This document shows positions 1-10,968 of a DNA stretch of 64,000 bases, piece by piece (position 1 is the first letter of the stretch; each line of letters starts with the position of its first letter). Under the pieces are notes generated by a model. That model was not told the origin of the DNA, did not search any database, and was given only the letters and a program-made list of their open reading frames with translations. Source of the stretch: Candidatus Enterosoma merdigallinarum (GTDB lineage: Bacteria; Bacillota_I; Bacilli_A; RFN20; CAG-288); NCBI GenBank assembly GCA_018714385.1, contig DVNL01000002.1, positions 27,619 through 91,618 on the forward strand, read 5' to 3'. The position numbers and the translations under genes were made by a program.

Positions 1-637
1 TGATGGTGGAGACGATGGCCCGTATCTTGTCCTTGAACTTTCCTTGCCGGTAGTCCACGCCGCGGCTGGCCTGCGCCTTCATGATCTGATTCGTCTTGTC
101 GAAAAGATAGGGGATGAATCGCAGGGCGAGGGAGATTGTCATGGCCAGCTTGTGGACGGGGAAACGGACGAGGGAAAGTGGGTAGAAAAGCCACTCCAGG
201 GCATAGGTCATTTCCATGGGCTTGGTCGTGGAAGTGAAGATGTTTGTCATCATCAAGACGAGAATGAGTCGGAGAAGGATATAAGAGACATTGAGGATCG
301 TGGAAAGATGGACTTCCACGCCGAAGAGCGTGAAAAGAACCATGCTCTCCGAGGCGGAGGCGCTGGGCAGGAAGATGTTCAGGATCAGGAGGAAAAGGAT
401 CATCACCCAGAGGCCCTTTAGGGAACGGAAAAGAAGAAGGAAGCTCGTCTTGCCAAGGAGGGTCAGAAGGAAGAGAAGGATGAAAATCCCGCCGTAGACG
501 ACAAGATTCATGTAGGCGGATCCATAGGAGAGGAAGACCGAGACCAAAAGGACGATGAGGGCGATGAGCTTGATCCGGGAATCGATGCGATGGACGATTG
601 TGTCGAGGTTGTTGAACTTTCCGAGGGTCATTTTCAT
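1..637 (-). CDS. ecfT: ECF transporter transmembrane T component, 3' end runs off the window
   Basis: My own minus-strand translation from the ATG at 637 (ATGA overlap with the ecfA2 stop) gives MKMTLGKFNNLDTIVHRIDSRIKLIALIVLLV...RFIPYLFDKTNQIMKAQASRGVDY. It is multi-TM and in canonical position after ecfA1-ecfA2. It is missing from the ORF track because no stop falls inside the window. Confidence 0.8.
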   Translation of the reverse strand, partial: MKMTLGKFNNLDTIVHRIDSRIKLIALIVLLVSVFLSYGSAYMNLVVYGGIFILLFLLTLLGKTSFLLLFRSLKGLWVMILFLLILNIFLPSASASESMVLFTLFGVEVHLSTILNVSYILLRLILVLMMTNIFTSTTKPMEMTYALEWLFYPLSLVRFPVHKLAMTISLALRFIPYLFDKTNQIMKAQASRGVDYRQGKFKDKIRAIVSTI

Positions 638-1563
638 CTTCTTTGCCCTCCTTTCGCCCGGACGATCTCCTCAGCGAGGGAACGGCAGTCTTTCACCCTG
701 TTGATGTCGATGGCCAAGCCGGAAGCAATCAGGCTTCTTGCGAAAGAGAACACCTTCGGCGGCTCGATGGCGGAATCTTCGAGATATTTCCCGCTGGAGA
801 AAAGCTCAAGAGGCGTCGAAACGGAGACGATGCGTCCCTCTTCCAGGACCACGGCCTTGTTGCAGTGGCCGAGGACGACATCCATGTCGTGGGTCGAAAG
901 GATGATGGACGTTCCCGAATCATAGATTTTTTTGAGCAAGGCAAGAAGGCTTTCCTGCCCATGGCAATCCAGGCCGACCGTCGGTTCGTCCAGGACGAGG
1001 ACGTCCGGCTTCATGGCAAGGATGCCGGCGATGGCGACCCTTCTCTTCTCACCCCCGGACAGTTCGAAGGGGGAACGCGAAAAGTAGGCCTCGGGTATTC
1101 CGACCAAGGACAGAGCCTCCTTTGCCTTCTTCTCGGCATCTTCCTTGCTGCTTCCGAAGTTTCTGGGACCGTAGGAAACGTCTTCCAGGACGGTCGTCTC
1201 AAACAATTGGTATTCCGGGAACTGGAAGACCAGGCCGACCCGTCTTCTCAGCTCCTTGACTTCCTTGATTTTTCTCTTGTGCTTCTTCCGCATTGCCTTT
1301 TCATCGACAACAGTCTTCCCTTTCTTCGTCTTGTAGACGAGGGACATGTCGATGACCTGGCCGTTGATGTCGATGATTCCGGAATCGGGAAGAAGCAAGC
1401 CATTGAGATGCTGGATGAGCGTCGACTTTCCTGAGCCTGTCCTTCCGATGAGAGCTGTATAACAATGATCTTCAAAAAGGAGAGAAACATCGATCAAGGC
1501 ATCCTTTTGATTCAAAGAACCTCGATCATAGGTATAAGAGATGTTTTTCAGAGTTATCGGCAT
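634..1563 (-). CDS. ecfA2: ECF transporter ATP-binding protein EcfA2
   Basis: 309 aa. Walker A GRTGSGKST, ABC signature LSGGEKRRVAIAG, Walker B VLVLDEP. Overlaps the ecfA1 stop and the ecfT start. Confidence 0.9.
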   Translation of the reverse strand: MPITLKNISYTYDRGSLNQKDALIDVSLLFEDHCYTALIGRTGSGKSTLIQHLNGLLLPDSGIIDINGQVIDMSLVYKTKKGKTVVDEKAMRKKHKRKIKEVKELRRRVGLVFQFPEYQLFETTVLEDVSYGPRNFGSSKEDAEKKAKEALSLVGIPEAYFSRSPFELSGGEKRRVAIAGILAMKPDVLVLDEPTVGLDCHGQESLLALLKKIYDSGTSIILSTHDMDVVLGHCNKAVVLEEGRIVSVSTPLELFSSGKYLEDSAIEPPKVFSFARSLIASGLAIDINRVKDCRSLAEEIVRAKGGQRR

Positions 1564-2426
1564 ATTCTTTTGATGAGCTCCTCTTCGTCATCGACGGATC
1601 CGACATCCATGCCAAGAGTCTTCAATTCTCCGATGAGCTTGTGGGCAAAGGGAAGATCAAGCCCCATTTCCCGTAGGGCTTCGTCCTTGGAGAAGACGAT
1701 AGACGGCGTGGCATCCATGACGAGCTGCCCCTTGGCAAGCACGAGAACTCTGTCGGCATCGTAGGCCTCGTCGATCTCGTGGGTGATGTTGATCACCGTC
1801 AAGTCCGGCTCTTCCTTCTTTCTTTCCTTGATGATTTGCCGGATGGCTTTCTTTCCTTTCGGATCGAGCATGGCACCTGCCTCATCGAGGATGAGGACTT
1901 TTGGATGCCTGGCGATCGCCCCGGCGATGGCGACGCGCTGTTTCTGTCCGCCGGAAAGGTTCGAGGGCTCGCTGTCGAGATAGTCGAGCATGCCCACCTT
2001 GCCGGCGCAATCCTTTATGATGTCTGCCATCTTTTCCGTCGGGACGCATTCGTTCTCGAGACCGAAGGCGATGTCGTCCTTGACCGTCGCGCCGATGAAC
2101 TGGCTGTCCGGATTTTGGAAGACGAGGCCGACTTCCTTTCTAAGGAGAACGGCATTGTCATCGGTCATGCGCACGCCGAAAAGATAGATGTCTCCCTTCT
2201 CCTGGGCTAGGATGCCGTCGATGAGTTTCGCCAGCGTCGACTTTCCTGAGCCGTTGTGGCCGATGACGGAGACATATTCGCCTTTCTTGATGTCGAAGGA
2301 GACGTCCCGAAGGCAGGGATGTCCCTTTTCGTAGCTGAACGTCAAGCCCTTGAGGAGGATTGCCGAATCTTCCGGAATGGTCGGATCCCTCTTGAGGAGT
2401 TCAGTCTCTTTTTCCTTGCTTCTCAT
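1554..2426 (-). CDS. ecfA1: ECF transporter ATP-binding protein EcfA1
   Basis: 290 aa. Walker A GHNGSGKST, signature LSGGQKQRVAIAG, Walker B VLILDEA. Confidence 0.9.
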   Translation of the reverse strand: MRSKEKETELLKRDPTIPEDSAILLKGLTFSYEKGHPCLRDVSFDIKKGEYVSVIGHNGSGKSTLAKLIDGILAQEKGDIYLFGVRMTDDNAVLLRKEVGLVFQNPDSQFIGATVKDDIAFGLENECVPTEKMADIIKDCAGKVGMLDYLDSEPSNLSGGQKQRVAIAGAIARHPKVLILDEAGAMLDPKGKKAIRQIIKERKKEEPDLTVINITHEIDEAYDADRVLVLAKGQLVMDATPSIVFSKDEALREMGLDLPFAHKLIGELKTLGMDVGSVDDEEELIKRICR

Positions 2427-2652
2427 CTTTTCTGTTCTTGAGGTGCCGATAGACCTGATAGACCCAATAGGCCAACAGCGAGGCGCCGAGGAGAGCGCCC
2501 CAGACGGCGAAAATGATATAGCCGTGCTCGAATCCCGTCGAATTGACGACGCCGTAGAGCAGAAGAAGGACCATCAGGTAACAGAGGATGATGACGATCG
2601 TGGCGACGAGGCATTTCTTCAGCGGGAAGGAGGATTTGTCTTTGAACGTCAC
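2401..2652 (-). CDS. small two-TM membrane protein, function unknown
   Basis: 83 aa with two hydrophobic helices and a basic C-tail. It sits between comEB (4-nt overlap) and ecfA1 in the same orientation. Confidence 0.45.
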   Translation of the reverse strand: MTFKDKSSFPLKKCLVATIVIILCYLMVLLLLYGVVNSTGFEHGYIIFAVWGALLGASLLAYWVYQVYRHLKNRKDEKQGKRD

Positions 2653-3119
2653 TGGAAACGGATCTCCGGAATGCGTCCCTCATAATGGACGTAGGCGATG
2701 CCTGCCATGTCCAGCATCCTTCTTGCGGCGACCTCATCGTCGGAATCGTGGTATTTGTCGGAGAGATAGACGACTTTCTTTATGCCGGCCTGGATGAGTG
2801 CCTTCGTGCATTCGTTGCAGGGGAAAAGCGTCACGTAAAGCGTGGATCCTTTCAGGTCATGGTTGGAATTGAGGATGGCATTGAGCTCGGCGTGGCAGAC
2901 ATAAGGGTATTTGGTCTCGAGCCTTTCTCCCTCCCTGCCCCAAGGAATCTTGTGGTCGTCGATTCCGGTGGGCATACCGTTGTATCCTAAAGAAAGGACC
3001 TTGTGCTCATCGGAGACGATGCAGGCTCCGACTTTTGTGTTGGGATCCTTGCTTCGCAATGAGGAGAGCAGGGCGATGGACATGAAATATTCGTCCCAGG
3101 AAATGTTATCGAATGTCAT
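2649..3119 (-). CDS. comEB: deoxycytidylate (dCMP) deaminase
   Basis: 156 aa with cytidine/dCMP deaminase zinc motifs HAELNAI and PCNECTKALIQAGIKKVVY. Confidence 0.9.
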   Translation of the reverse strand: MTFDNISWDEYFMSIALLSSLRSKDPNTKVGACIVSDEHKVLSLGYNGMPTGIDDHKIPWGREGERLETKYPYVCHAELNAILNSNHDLKGSTLYVTLFPCNECTKALIQAGIKKVVYLSDKYHDSDDEVAARRMLDMAGIAYVHYEGRIPEIRFQ

Positions 3120-3690
3120 AGGAACCTCCTTGAAGGCACAGACACTCTAAGATTATAGTTTACTATCAAGCTCTGTTCTACCAAGATATTGACTTAATTG
3201 TATTCTTGAAAAGACATAGGAAAGCTTCATGAAAAAGGAAAGAAAAAGACCAAAGGTCTTCTTGTACAGAGAGACTTCTCAAGGCGAAAGCATAGATAAA
3301 GTCAATCAAAGGCCGTAGGCGGGATCCTTTCCTGCGTTTCTTTTGTTTGTTCCTCGTCAGGGCAAAGAGAAAAAGCGTGGTGAGAGACAGCACCATTGAA
3401 ATGTACTTTTTTAATGAAAAAGCTTAAAATTTCATATTTATCTTAACAAGTCTTGAAAAAACGTAATTCATATATTGAATATTTTTCCGCAAACATAAAA
3501 ATAAATACAAATAAATCGCCGATAATGGTATTTTTGATTGAAATGTACGTATTTCGATAGCAGAACGTTCTGCAAAATATCATTCTATCGATGCCGAAGT
3601 CTATGAAAAACAGGATGAGAGAAGGAAAAAAGAGAAGGAAAAATAATACTTAAAACGAATCGGTCTGAAAAAGCCGAAAAAGAAGAAGAA

Positions 3691-4104
3691 CTAATACTTG
3701 AACCTTTCCTTGACGTTGATCCTGTTGATTGCCCTCTTGAGGGCGATTTCGGCCTGGTTGTATTCCTTGACGGACTTGGCGTTGATGAGAAGCTTCTCGG
3801 CAGCCACTTTTTCGGCGATGGCGCGCTGGATGTCGATCTCGTCATAAGACTCGATGGCATTGACGATGAGCTGGACCTTGTTCTCTTTGCACAGGCAATA
3901 GAGGACGCCACCGGAGACGGCGAAGTGGCGGATGCTGCCGTTGTAGTGCATCACAAGGGGCGATATTTCAACGTTCGCGATCATGTCCCCGTGATGGGCA
4001 TAGACGGAGATCTGCCCGAAATGGGTGTCGACGGAAAGGGACTCCACCTGAAGGGAGGCGTATTTCCTTAGCGGTGTGATGATTTCCAGCTGGAACGTTT
4101 CCAT
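3691..4104 (-). CDS. atpC: F1 ATP synthase subunit epsilon
   Basis: 137 aa, last gene of the atp operon directly after atpD, with typical epsilon N-terminal beta-sandwich sequence. Confidence 0.85.
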   Translation of the reverse strand: METFQLEIITPLRKYASLQVESLSVDTHFGQISVYAHHGDMIANVEISPLVMHYNGSIRHFAVSGGVLYCLCKENKVQLIVNAIESYDEIDIQRAIAEKVAAEKLLINAKSVKEYNQAEIALKRAINRINVKERFKY

Positions 4105-4107
4105 GTC

Positions 4108-6416
<2,309 letters not shown>

Positions 6417-6418
6417 GT

Positions 6419-7933
6419 TTACTGTTGCATTCCTGTCCGCACGTTTTCGACGGCAGTCTTGATCTTTTCCTTCGTCTCGTCGCTGAGGATCTTGCTGTCG
6501 CGGATCGAATCATAGACTTCCGGCAGATGGTTGTGGATATAGAGGCTGATGTTGACCAGAGTCTCGTGGATCTTGTCCAGCGGAATGTCGTCGATGAGTT
6601 TGTCCTGGGCGATATAGATGTCGACGATCTCGTCCTCCATCGGGATGGGGCTGTATTGCTTCTGTTTCAGGACTTCCATCAAGACGGCGCCGTGGCGCAA
6701 GACGTTCTTGGTGACCTGGTCCAGATCGGAGCCGAAGCGGGAGAAGTCGAGAAGCTCGGCATAGCTCGCCAACTCGATCTTGATGGAGGAAGCGACGGAT
6801 TTCATGGCCTTGATCTGGGCGGCGGAGCCGACGCGGGAGACGGAAAGACCGGAGTCGATGGCCGGTCTCTGTCCGACATTGAAAAGGTCGGTCTTGAGAA
6901 AGATCTGTCCGTCGGTGATGGAGATGACATTCGTCGGAATGTAGGCGGAAATGTCGCCCGCCTGCGTCTCGACGATCGGCAAGGCGGTGATGGAGCCGCC
7001 GCCGAGTTCCTTGCTCAGATGGCAGGCGCGCTCGAGAAGTCTCGAATGGAGGTAGAAGATATCGCCGGGATAGGCCTCTCTTCCCGGGCTTCTCTTCAAA
7101 AGCAGGGAGAGGGCGCGATAGCTGACGGCGTGCTTGGAAAGATCGTCGTAGACGATGAGGACGTTCTTGCCCTTCTTTTCCCAATATTCGGCGATGGTCG
7201 TCGCGGCATAGGGGGCGACGTAGAGCATCGGGGCGGATTCGCTGGCGGAGGCATTGACGATGACGGTATACTTCAGGGCATCGAAGGACTTGAGACGGTC
7301 CACGATCTGGGCGATGGTGGAATTCTTCTGGCCGATGGCGCAGTAGATGCACAGGACGTCCTTTCCTTTCTGGTTGATGATCGTGTCGATGGCGATGGCC
7401 GTCTTTCCCGTCTGCCTGTCGCCGATGATGAGCTCTCTCTGTCCCTTGCCGATAGGAATCATGGAGTCGATGGCCTTGATGCCGGTCTCCAAAGGCTCAT
7501 TGACCGGTTGCCTGTCCATGATAGCCGGCGCCGGCGCCTCGATCGGCATGAAGCCGTCGTTCTGAATCTCGCCAAGGCCGTCGATAGGCTGGCCGAGGGC
7601 GTTGACGACACGGCCGAGAAGGGCATCGCCGACGGGGACGGAGACGACCTTTCCGGTCCTCTTCACCTCATCGCCCTCGTAGATCTCGGTGTCCTTTCCG
7701 AGGATGACGGCGCCGATGGAATCCTCTTCAAGGTTCATGACCATGCCGTAGACGCCGTGCTTGAAAAGGAGGAGCTCGCCGTACATGGCCTTGTCCAGAC
7801 CATAGATGGTGGCGATACCGTCGCCTATCGAAACGACGCTTCCGACATCGCTCGTCTCGATTTTGTTCTCATAGCTCTCGATCTCTTTTTTGATCAGGTT
7901 GCTGATGAGATTGATATTGGATTGATCCGGCAT
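6419..7933 (-). CDS. atpA: F1 ATP synthase subunit alpha
   Basis: 504 aa. P-loop GDRQTGKT and conserved alpha-subunit blocks. Confidence 0.97.
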   Translation of the reverse strand: MPDQSNINLISNLIKKEIESYENKIETSDVGSVVSIGDGIATIYGLDKAMYGELLLFKHGVYGMVMNLEEDSIGAVILGKDTEIYEGDEVKRTGKVVSVPVGDALLGRVVNALGQPIDGLGEIQNDGFMPIEAPAPAIMDRQPVNEPLETGIKAIDSMIPIGKGQRELIIGDRQTGKTAIAIDTIINQKGKDVLCIYCAIGQKNSTIAQIVDRLKSFDALKYTVIVNASASESAPMLYVAPYAATTIAEYWEKKGKNVLIVYDDLSKHAVSYRALSLLLKRSPGREAYPGDIFYLHSRLLERACHLSKELGGGSITALPIVETQAGDISAYIPTNVISITDGQIFLKTDLFNVGQRPAIDSGLSVSRVGSAAQIKAMKSVASSIKIELASYAELLDFSRFGSDLDQVTKNVLRHGAVLMEVLKQKQYSPIPMEDEIVDIYIAQDKLIDDIPLDKIHETLVNISLYIHNHLPEVYDSIRDSKILSDETKEKIKTAVENVRTGMQQ

Positions 7934-7945
7934 GCTAACCCTCCT

Positions 7946-8488
7946 TTAGTCTTTCCTTCCGTATAGGAGCCGTTCCTTGATCGTCTCGATCTTGGTGTCG
8001 AGCGAATAGTCGAAGAGACGATCTTCGATCTGGACCTTCATGCCGCCGATGACATGTCTGTCCCGAACGTACTCCAGAACGACGTTCTGACGATACTTCT
8101 TGCTGAAAGCCTTCTCGAGTCGGACAAGGGTGGCATCCGAGATGGGGAAAGGCGAAAATACCTTCCCGCGGAGGATGTGGCACTGCTTGTCGTAAAGGCT
8201 TTCGAATCCTTTGTAGATATCTCCAAAATGCTTGATGCCTTTGTTGCGAACCAGAATTTTGAGGAATCCGTTCACCGCAGGAGAAATCCGTCCCCCGTAG
8301 ACGCGATCGATGGAAGCGATGCGGATGTCCGAGGCAATGAGTTCGGAATCGAGGAACTTGAGATAGTCCGGGTTCTTCCTGAAGGAGAGATTGACCAAGG
8401 CGAGGTCGTTGTTGTAGCGCACGCCCTGATCGTCCTCGATGGCGACCTCATAGATGGCCGAGGCATAATGGAGATAGAGCGGATTCAT
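7946..8488 (-). CDS. atpH: F1 ATP synthase subunit delta (OSCP)
   Basis: 180 aa, lying between atpF and atpA. C-terminal IGGMKVQIEDRLFDYS resembles the OSCP signature. Confidence 0.85.
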   Translation of the reverse strand: MNPLYLHYASAIYEVAIEDDQGVRYNNDLALVNLSFRKNPDYLKFLDSELIASDIRIASIDRVYGGRISPAVNGFLKILVRNKGIKHFGDIYKGFESLYDKQCHILRGKVFSPFPISDATLVRLEKAFSKKYRQNVVLEYVRDRHVIGGMKVQIEDRLFDYSLDTKIETIKERLLYGRKD

Positions 8489-8489
8489 T

Positions 8490-9089
8490 TCACCTGTCCT
8501 CGTCCTTGTCGATGTCCTCGAGGAACTTGGCGATCATCTCGTCGTTGTCTTCCTGGGTCAGTTCGCGTCCGAGGATCTCCTTGGAGGCATCCAGGGCCGT
8601 CTTGACGATCTGGTCATGGGTGTCCCGTTCGAGATTTTTCTTCCTTTCCTCGAGTTCGGCTTCGCCCTGCTTCTTGCGCAGGTCGATGCTCTCCTGGGCT
8701 TTGTCCATCATCTGCTTGGTCTCTTCCATGGCCTGCCTGCGGGCCGCCTCGACGATGGCATTTGCCTTCACGCGGCTGTCCGTGATGTTGTTTTCGGCCT
8801 CTTCCTGCGCCTTCTTGGCTTTCTTCAGGTGCTCGTCGGAGTCCTCGAGGTTCTTCTGGACATATTCTCTTCTGGCGTCAAGCTTCTTCTTGATCGGTTT
8901 GTAGCCGAAGACGATCACCAAAACGACCATCACGATAAAGGCACCCAGCTGTGCGAGGGTGATGTAGAGGTTCGGGATGGCGTCGTTGATGGTCTCGGTG
9001 ATATTGCCGCTGGCTTTTTCCACATCGCAGGAGGCGAGGAACAAAAGGCAAGGCGAAAGCCAAGCGAGTTTGAGAAGCTTCTTCTTCAT
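8490..9089 (-). CDS. atpF: Fo ATP synthase subunit b with an N-terminal lipoprotein signal
   Basis: 199 aa. Signal plus lipobox LLFLASC, one TM helix, then a long charged coiled-coil typical of subunit b. Confidence 0.85.
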   Translation of the reverse strand: MKKKLLKLAWLSPCLLFLASCDVEKASGNITETINDAIPNLYITLAQLGAFIVMVVLVIVFGYKPIKKKLDARREYVQKNLEDSDEHLKKAKKAQEEAENNITDSRVKANAIVEAARRQAMEETKQMMDKAQESIDLRKKQGEAELEERKKNLERDTHDQIVKTALDASKEILGRELTQEDNDEMIAKFLEDIDKDEDR

Positions 9090-9109
9090 CGTCCAAAAGG
9101 CATGGCTTA

Positions 9110-9391
9110 TCAGGCGGCGAAGAGAAGAAGCATGGCGACGATGAGCAGATAGATGGCGACGGTCTCGACGAGGGCGACACCGATCAGCATCGAGGTTCTG
9201 AGCTTGGAAGCCGCTTCGGGATTCCTGGCCGTGCCGTTGATGGTGAAGATGACGGCGAGAGCTTCCATGACGCCGACAATGGCCATGGCGATGGCGATGA
9301 TGGCGATGGCCCAGAACTTGGCCGTGCCGGCAGGGTCGAAGCCGACGACTTCGGTGACTTCTTCCAAAACGTTGAGAACAGCAAGAGACAT
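9110..9391 (-). CDS. atpE: Fo ATP synthase subunit c
   Basis: 93 aa hairpin proteolipid with loop ARNPEA and the helix-2 carboxylate in LVETVAIY. Confidence 0.93.
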   Translation of the reverse strand: MSLAVLNVLEEVTEVVGFDPAGTAKFWAIAIIAIAMAIVGVMEALAVIFTINGTARNPEAASKLRTSMLIGVALVETVAIYLLIVAMLLLFAA

Positions 9392-9422
9392 AAGTTTCCT
9401 CCTTTAGATAAATGAAACTTTC

Positions 9423-10244
9423 CTAGTTTCCTTCCACAGACAGCTTTGTGATCTTCTGGGTCGTCTCGATCGCCTCCTCTTCGGGGCCCTCCTGGGCGAT
9501 GTTCAGCATCGTGACCATGAGGAAGACGACTGTTTGTATAAGACCGTCAAAGACATCGAAGTAAGCGTGGGCGATGGGCATCAGGGCGGGACCTAGGACA
9601 AGACCGAAACCGCCGGCTATGCCATCCAAGGCATAGTAGGCCAGCGTGATGAGGCAGAAGCCGGCAAAGGCATTTCCGAAAAGACGGAGCGTCAAAGACA
9701 GCATCGGTATCCACATCGAGATAAGTTCGATGAAAGGAATCGGCGAAACGAACTTCATCAAATACTTGGCATGCTTGTACTTGATGCCGTAATACTGGAT
9801 GAGAAGGATCGTCAAAAGCGCGATGGAAAGCGGGAAGGCGAGATTCGTGAAAGGATTCGGAAGCGGCTTGAAAAGCCAACTCGAATTCAAGATGGCATCA
9901 TCGCCGATGACGATGGGGTTCGGAATGCCGGCCATGCCGACAAGGAACGAGATAAAAATATAAAGCCCCAAACCGATGACATAGCCCGTGAAGGGCAGGA
10001 AAGATTTCCCCATCAGCTCAGAAACCTTGTTTTCGGCGAATTCGACGAGAGTCTCCGCGGCATTGACGATGCCCTTTGGCTTGTCGAATGGGCCGTATTT
10101 CTTTCCTTTGAAATAAATGACAAAAACAAGGACGATGACAATAAACATCGCCAGAAGGGAGGAGATGAATTCCGGAGGAAGGACATTCCCAATGTCCGTC
10201 CTGAGCAGGTTGCCTATCTGCAACCCTTCTTCTTCAGAATTCAT
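9423..10244 (-). CDS. atpB: Fo ATP synthase subunit a
   Basis: 273 aa polytopic protein with the conserved Arg region LSLTLRLFGNAFAG. Confidence 0.93.
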   Translation of the reverse strand: MNSEEEGLQIGNLLRTDIGNVLPPEFISSLLAMFIVIVLVFVIYFKGKKYGPFDKPKGIVNAAETLVEFAENKVSELMGKSFLPFTGYVIGLGLYIFISFLVGMAGIPNPIVIGDDAILNSSWLFKPLPNPFTNLAFPLSIALLTILLIQYYGIKYKHAKYLMKFVSPIPFIELISMWIPMLSLTLRLFGNAFAGFCLITLAYYALDGIAGGFGLVLGPALMPIAHAYFDVFDGLIQTVVFLMVTMLNIAQEGPEEEAIETTQKITKLSVEGN

Positions 10245-10256
10245 ACGAGATCAGAA

Positions 10257-10640
10257 TCATTCCCGGAAGCGCCTGTCGAGAATCAAGAATAGTATCGCCA
10301 GAAGATAGACCGACAGGACTTCGGCGGGGGAGACGAGAAGGTAGAAAACGTTGACGGATTCGTGCAAGGAGGGAAGGAAGTACCAGATTGCTGCCGGGGA
10401 GAGAATCAAGGCGAAGAGCAGTAGGAGGCGAAGGAAGGTCGAGATGACGAGAGGGGCGTCTTTTCTCATCCGCAGGGCGAGCAAGAAAGAAAAGTAGACG
10501 AGGGGAGTGAACGGAAGAGGCAGAAGGAAGAAGAGACTTTCGCGCCAGCTCCTCAATCCTAATAATACTAGAGCTGCCGCAAGCCAGACAAGGAAATAGC
10601 CTAAATAGGCTATCCATTCTCGTTTTTTGATCTTCTTCAT
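10257..10640 (-). CDS. atpI: AtpI-like small membrane protein at the head of the atp operon
   Basis: 127 aa with about 4 TM helices, immediately upstream of atpB. Called by position and topology only. Confidence 0.5.
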   Translation of the reverse strand: MKKIKKREWIAYLGYFLVWLAAALVLLGLRSWRESLFFLLPLPFTPLVYFSFLLALRMRKDAPLVISTFLRLLLLFALILSPAAIWYFLPSLHESVNVFYLLVSPAEVLSVYLLAILFLILDRRFRE

Positions 10641-10692
10641 CCTGCGTCATCATAACACCGGAAAGAAATCAGTTCAACCAGACAAAAAAGAT

Positions 10693-10721
10693 TTGACGAA
10701 AGTAAGCGTCTATTGTATAAT
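10693..10721 (+). promoter_or_regulatory. sigma-70-type promoter for the tRNA pair
   Basis: TTGACG (10693-10698), a 17-nt spacer, then TATAAT (10716-10721), about 32 nt upstream of tRNA-Val. Confidence 0.5.
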
Positions 10722-10753
10722 TCCCTTTGCGTTCATGGCTTCATGAGTGCAAT

Positions 10754-10829
10754 GGGCGTTTAGCTCAGCTGGGAGAGCATCCGCTTGACGTGCGGAAGGT
10801 CACAGGTCCGAGCCCTGTAGCGCCCACCA
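10754..10829 (+). tRNA. tRNA-Val (anticodon GAC) with encoded CCA
   Basis: Hand-folded cloverleaf. Acceptor GGGCGTT/AGCGCCC, D arm GCTC/GAGC, anticodon stem TCCGC/GCGGA with loop TTGACGT, T arm ACAGG/CCTGT. The T-loop reads TCCGAGC, so position 55 is C rather than U. Confidence 0.85.
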
Positions 10830-10841
10830 TCTAGAGAAAGC

Positions 10842-10876
10842 AAGCCTCCTGGTTCAGAAGGCTTTTTTCTTTTCTT
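10842..10876 (+). terminator. terminator-like hairpin plus T-tract in the spacer between the two tRNAs
   Basis: The stem AAGCCTCCT/AGAAGGCTT (one mismatch, loop GGTTC) is followed by TTTTTTCTTTTCTT and ends directly at tRNA-Ser. Confidence 0.4.
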
Positions 10877-10968
10877 GGAGCAGTACCCAAGTGGTTGAAG
10901 GGACCGGTCTTGAAAACCGGCAGTGGGCTCAATACCCAGCCAGGGTTCAAATCCCTGCTGCTCCGCCA
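10877..10968 (+). tRNA. tRNA-Ser (anticodon UGA), class II with a long variable arm, encoded CCA
   Basis: Acceptor GGAGCAG/CTGCTCC, anticodon stem CCGGT/ACCGG with loop CTTGAAA, long variable arm, T arm CAGGG-TTCAAAT-CCCTG. Confidence 0.92.

Noticed and set aside
3178-3396. A 72-aa minus-strand ORF in the atpC-comEB gap.
   Set aside because: It has no RBS, odd composition, and spans a hairpin/T-run region. It is treated as noncoding.
3560-3573. The palindrome GCAGAACGTTCTGC, considered as a LexA (SOS) box or a CcpA cre site.
   Set aside because: The Firmicutes LexA box is GAAC-N4-GTTC, whereas here the half-sites abut. Alignment to the cre consensus TGWAANCGNTNWCA fails at several fixed positions. 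I kept it only as an unassigned operator-like site.
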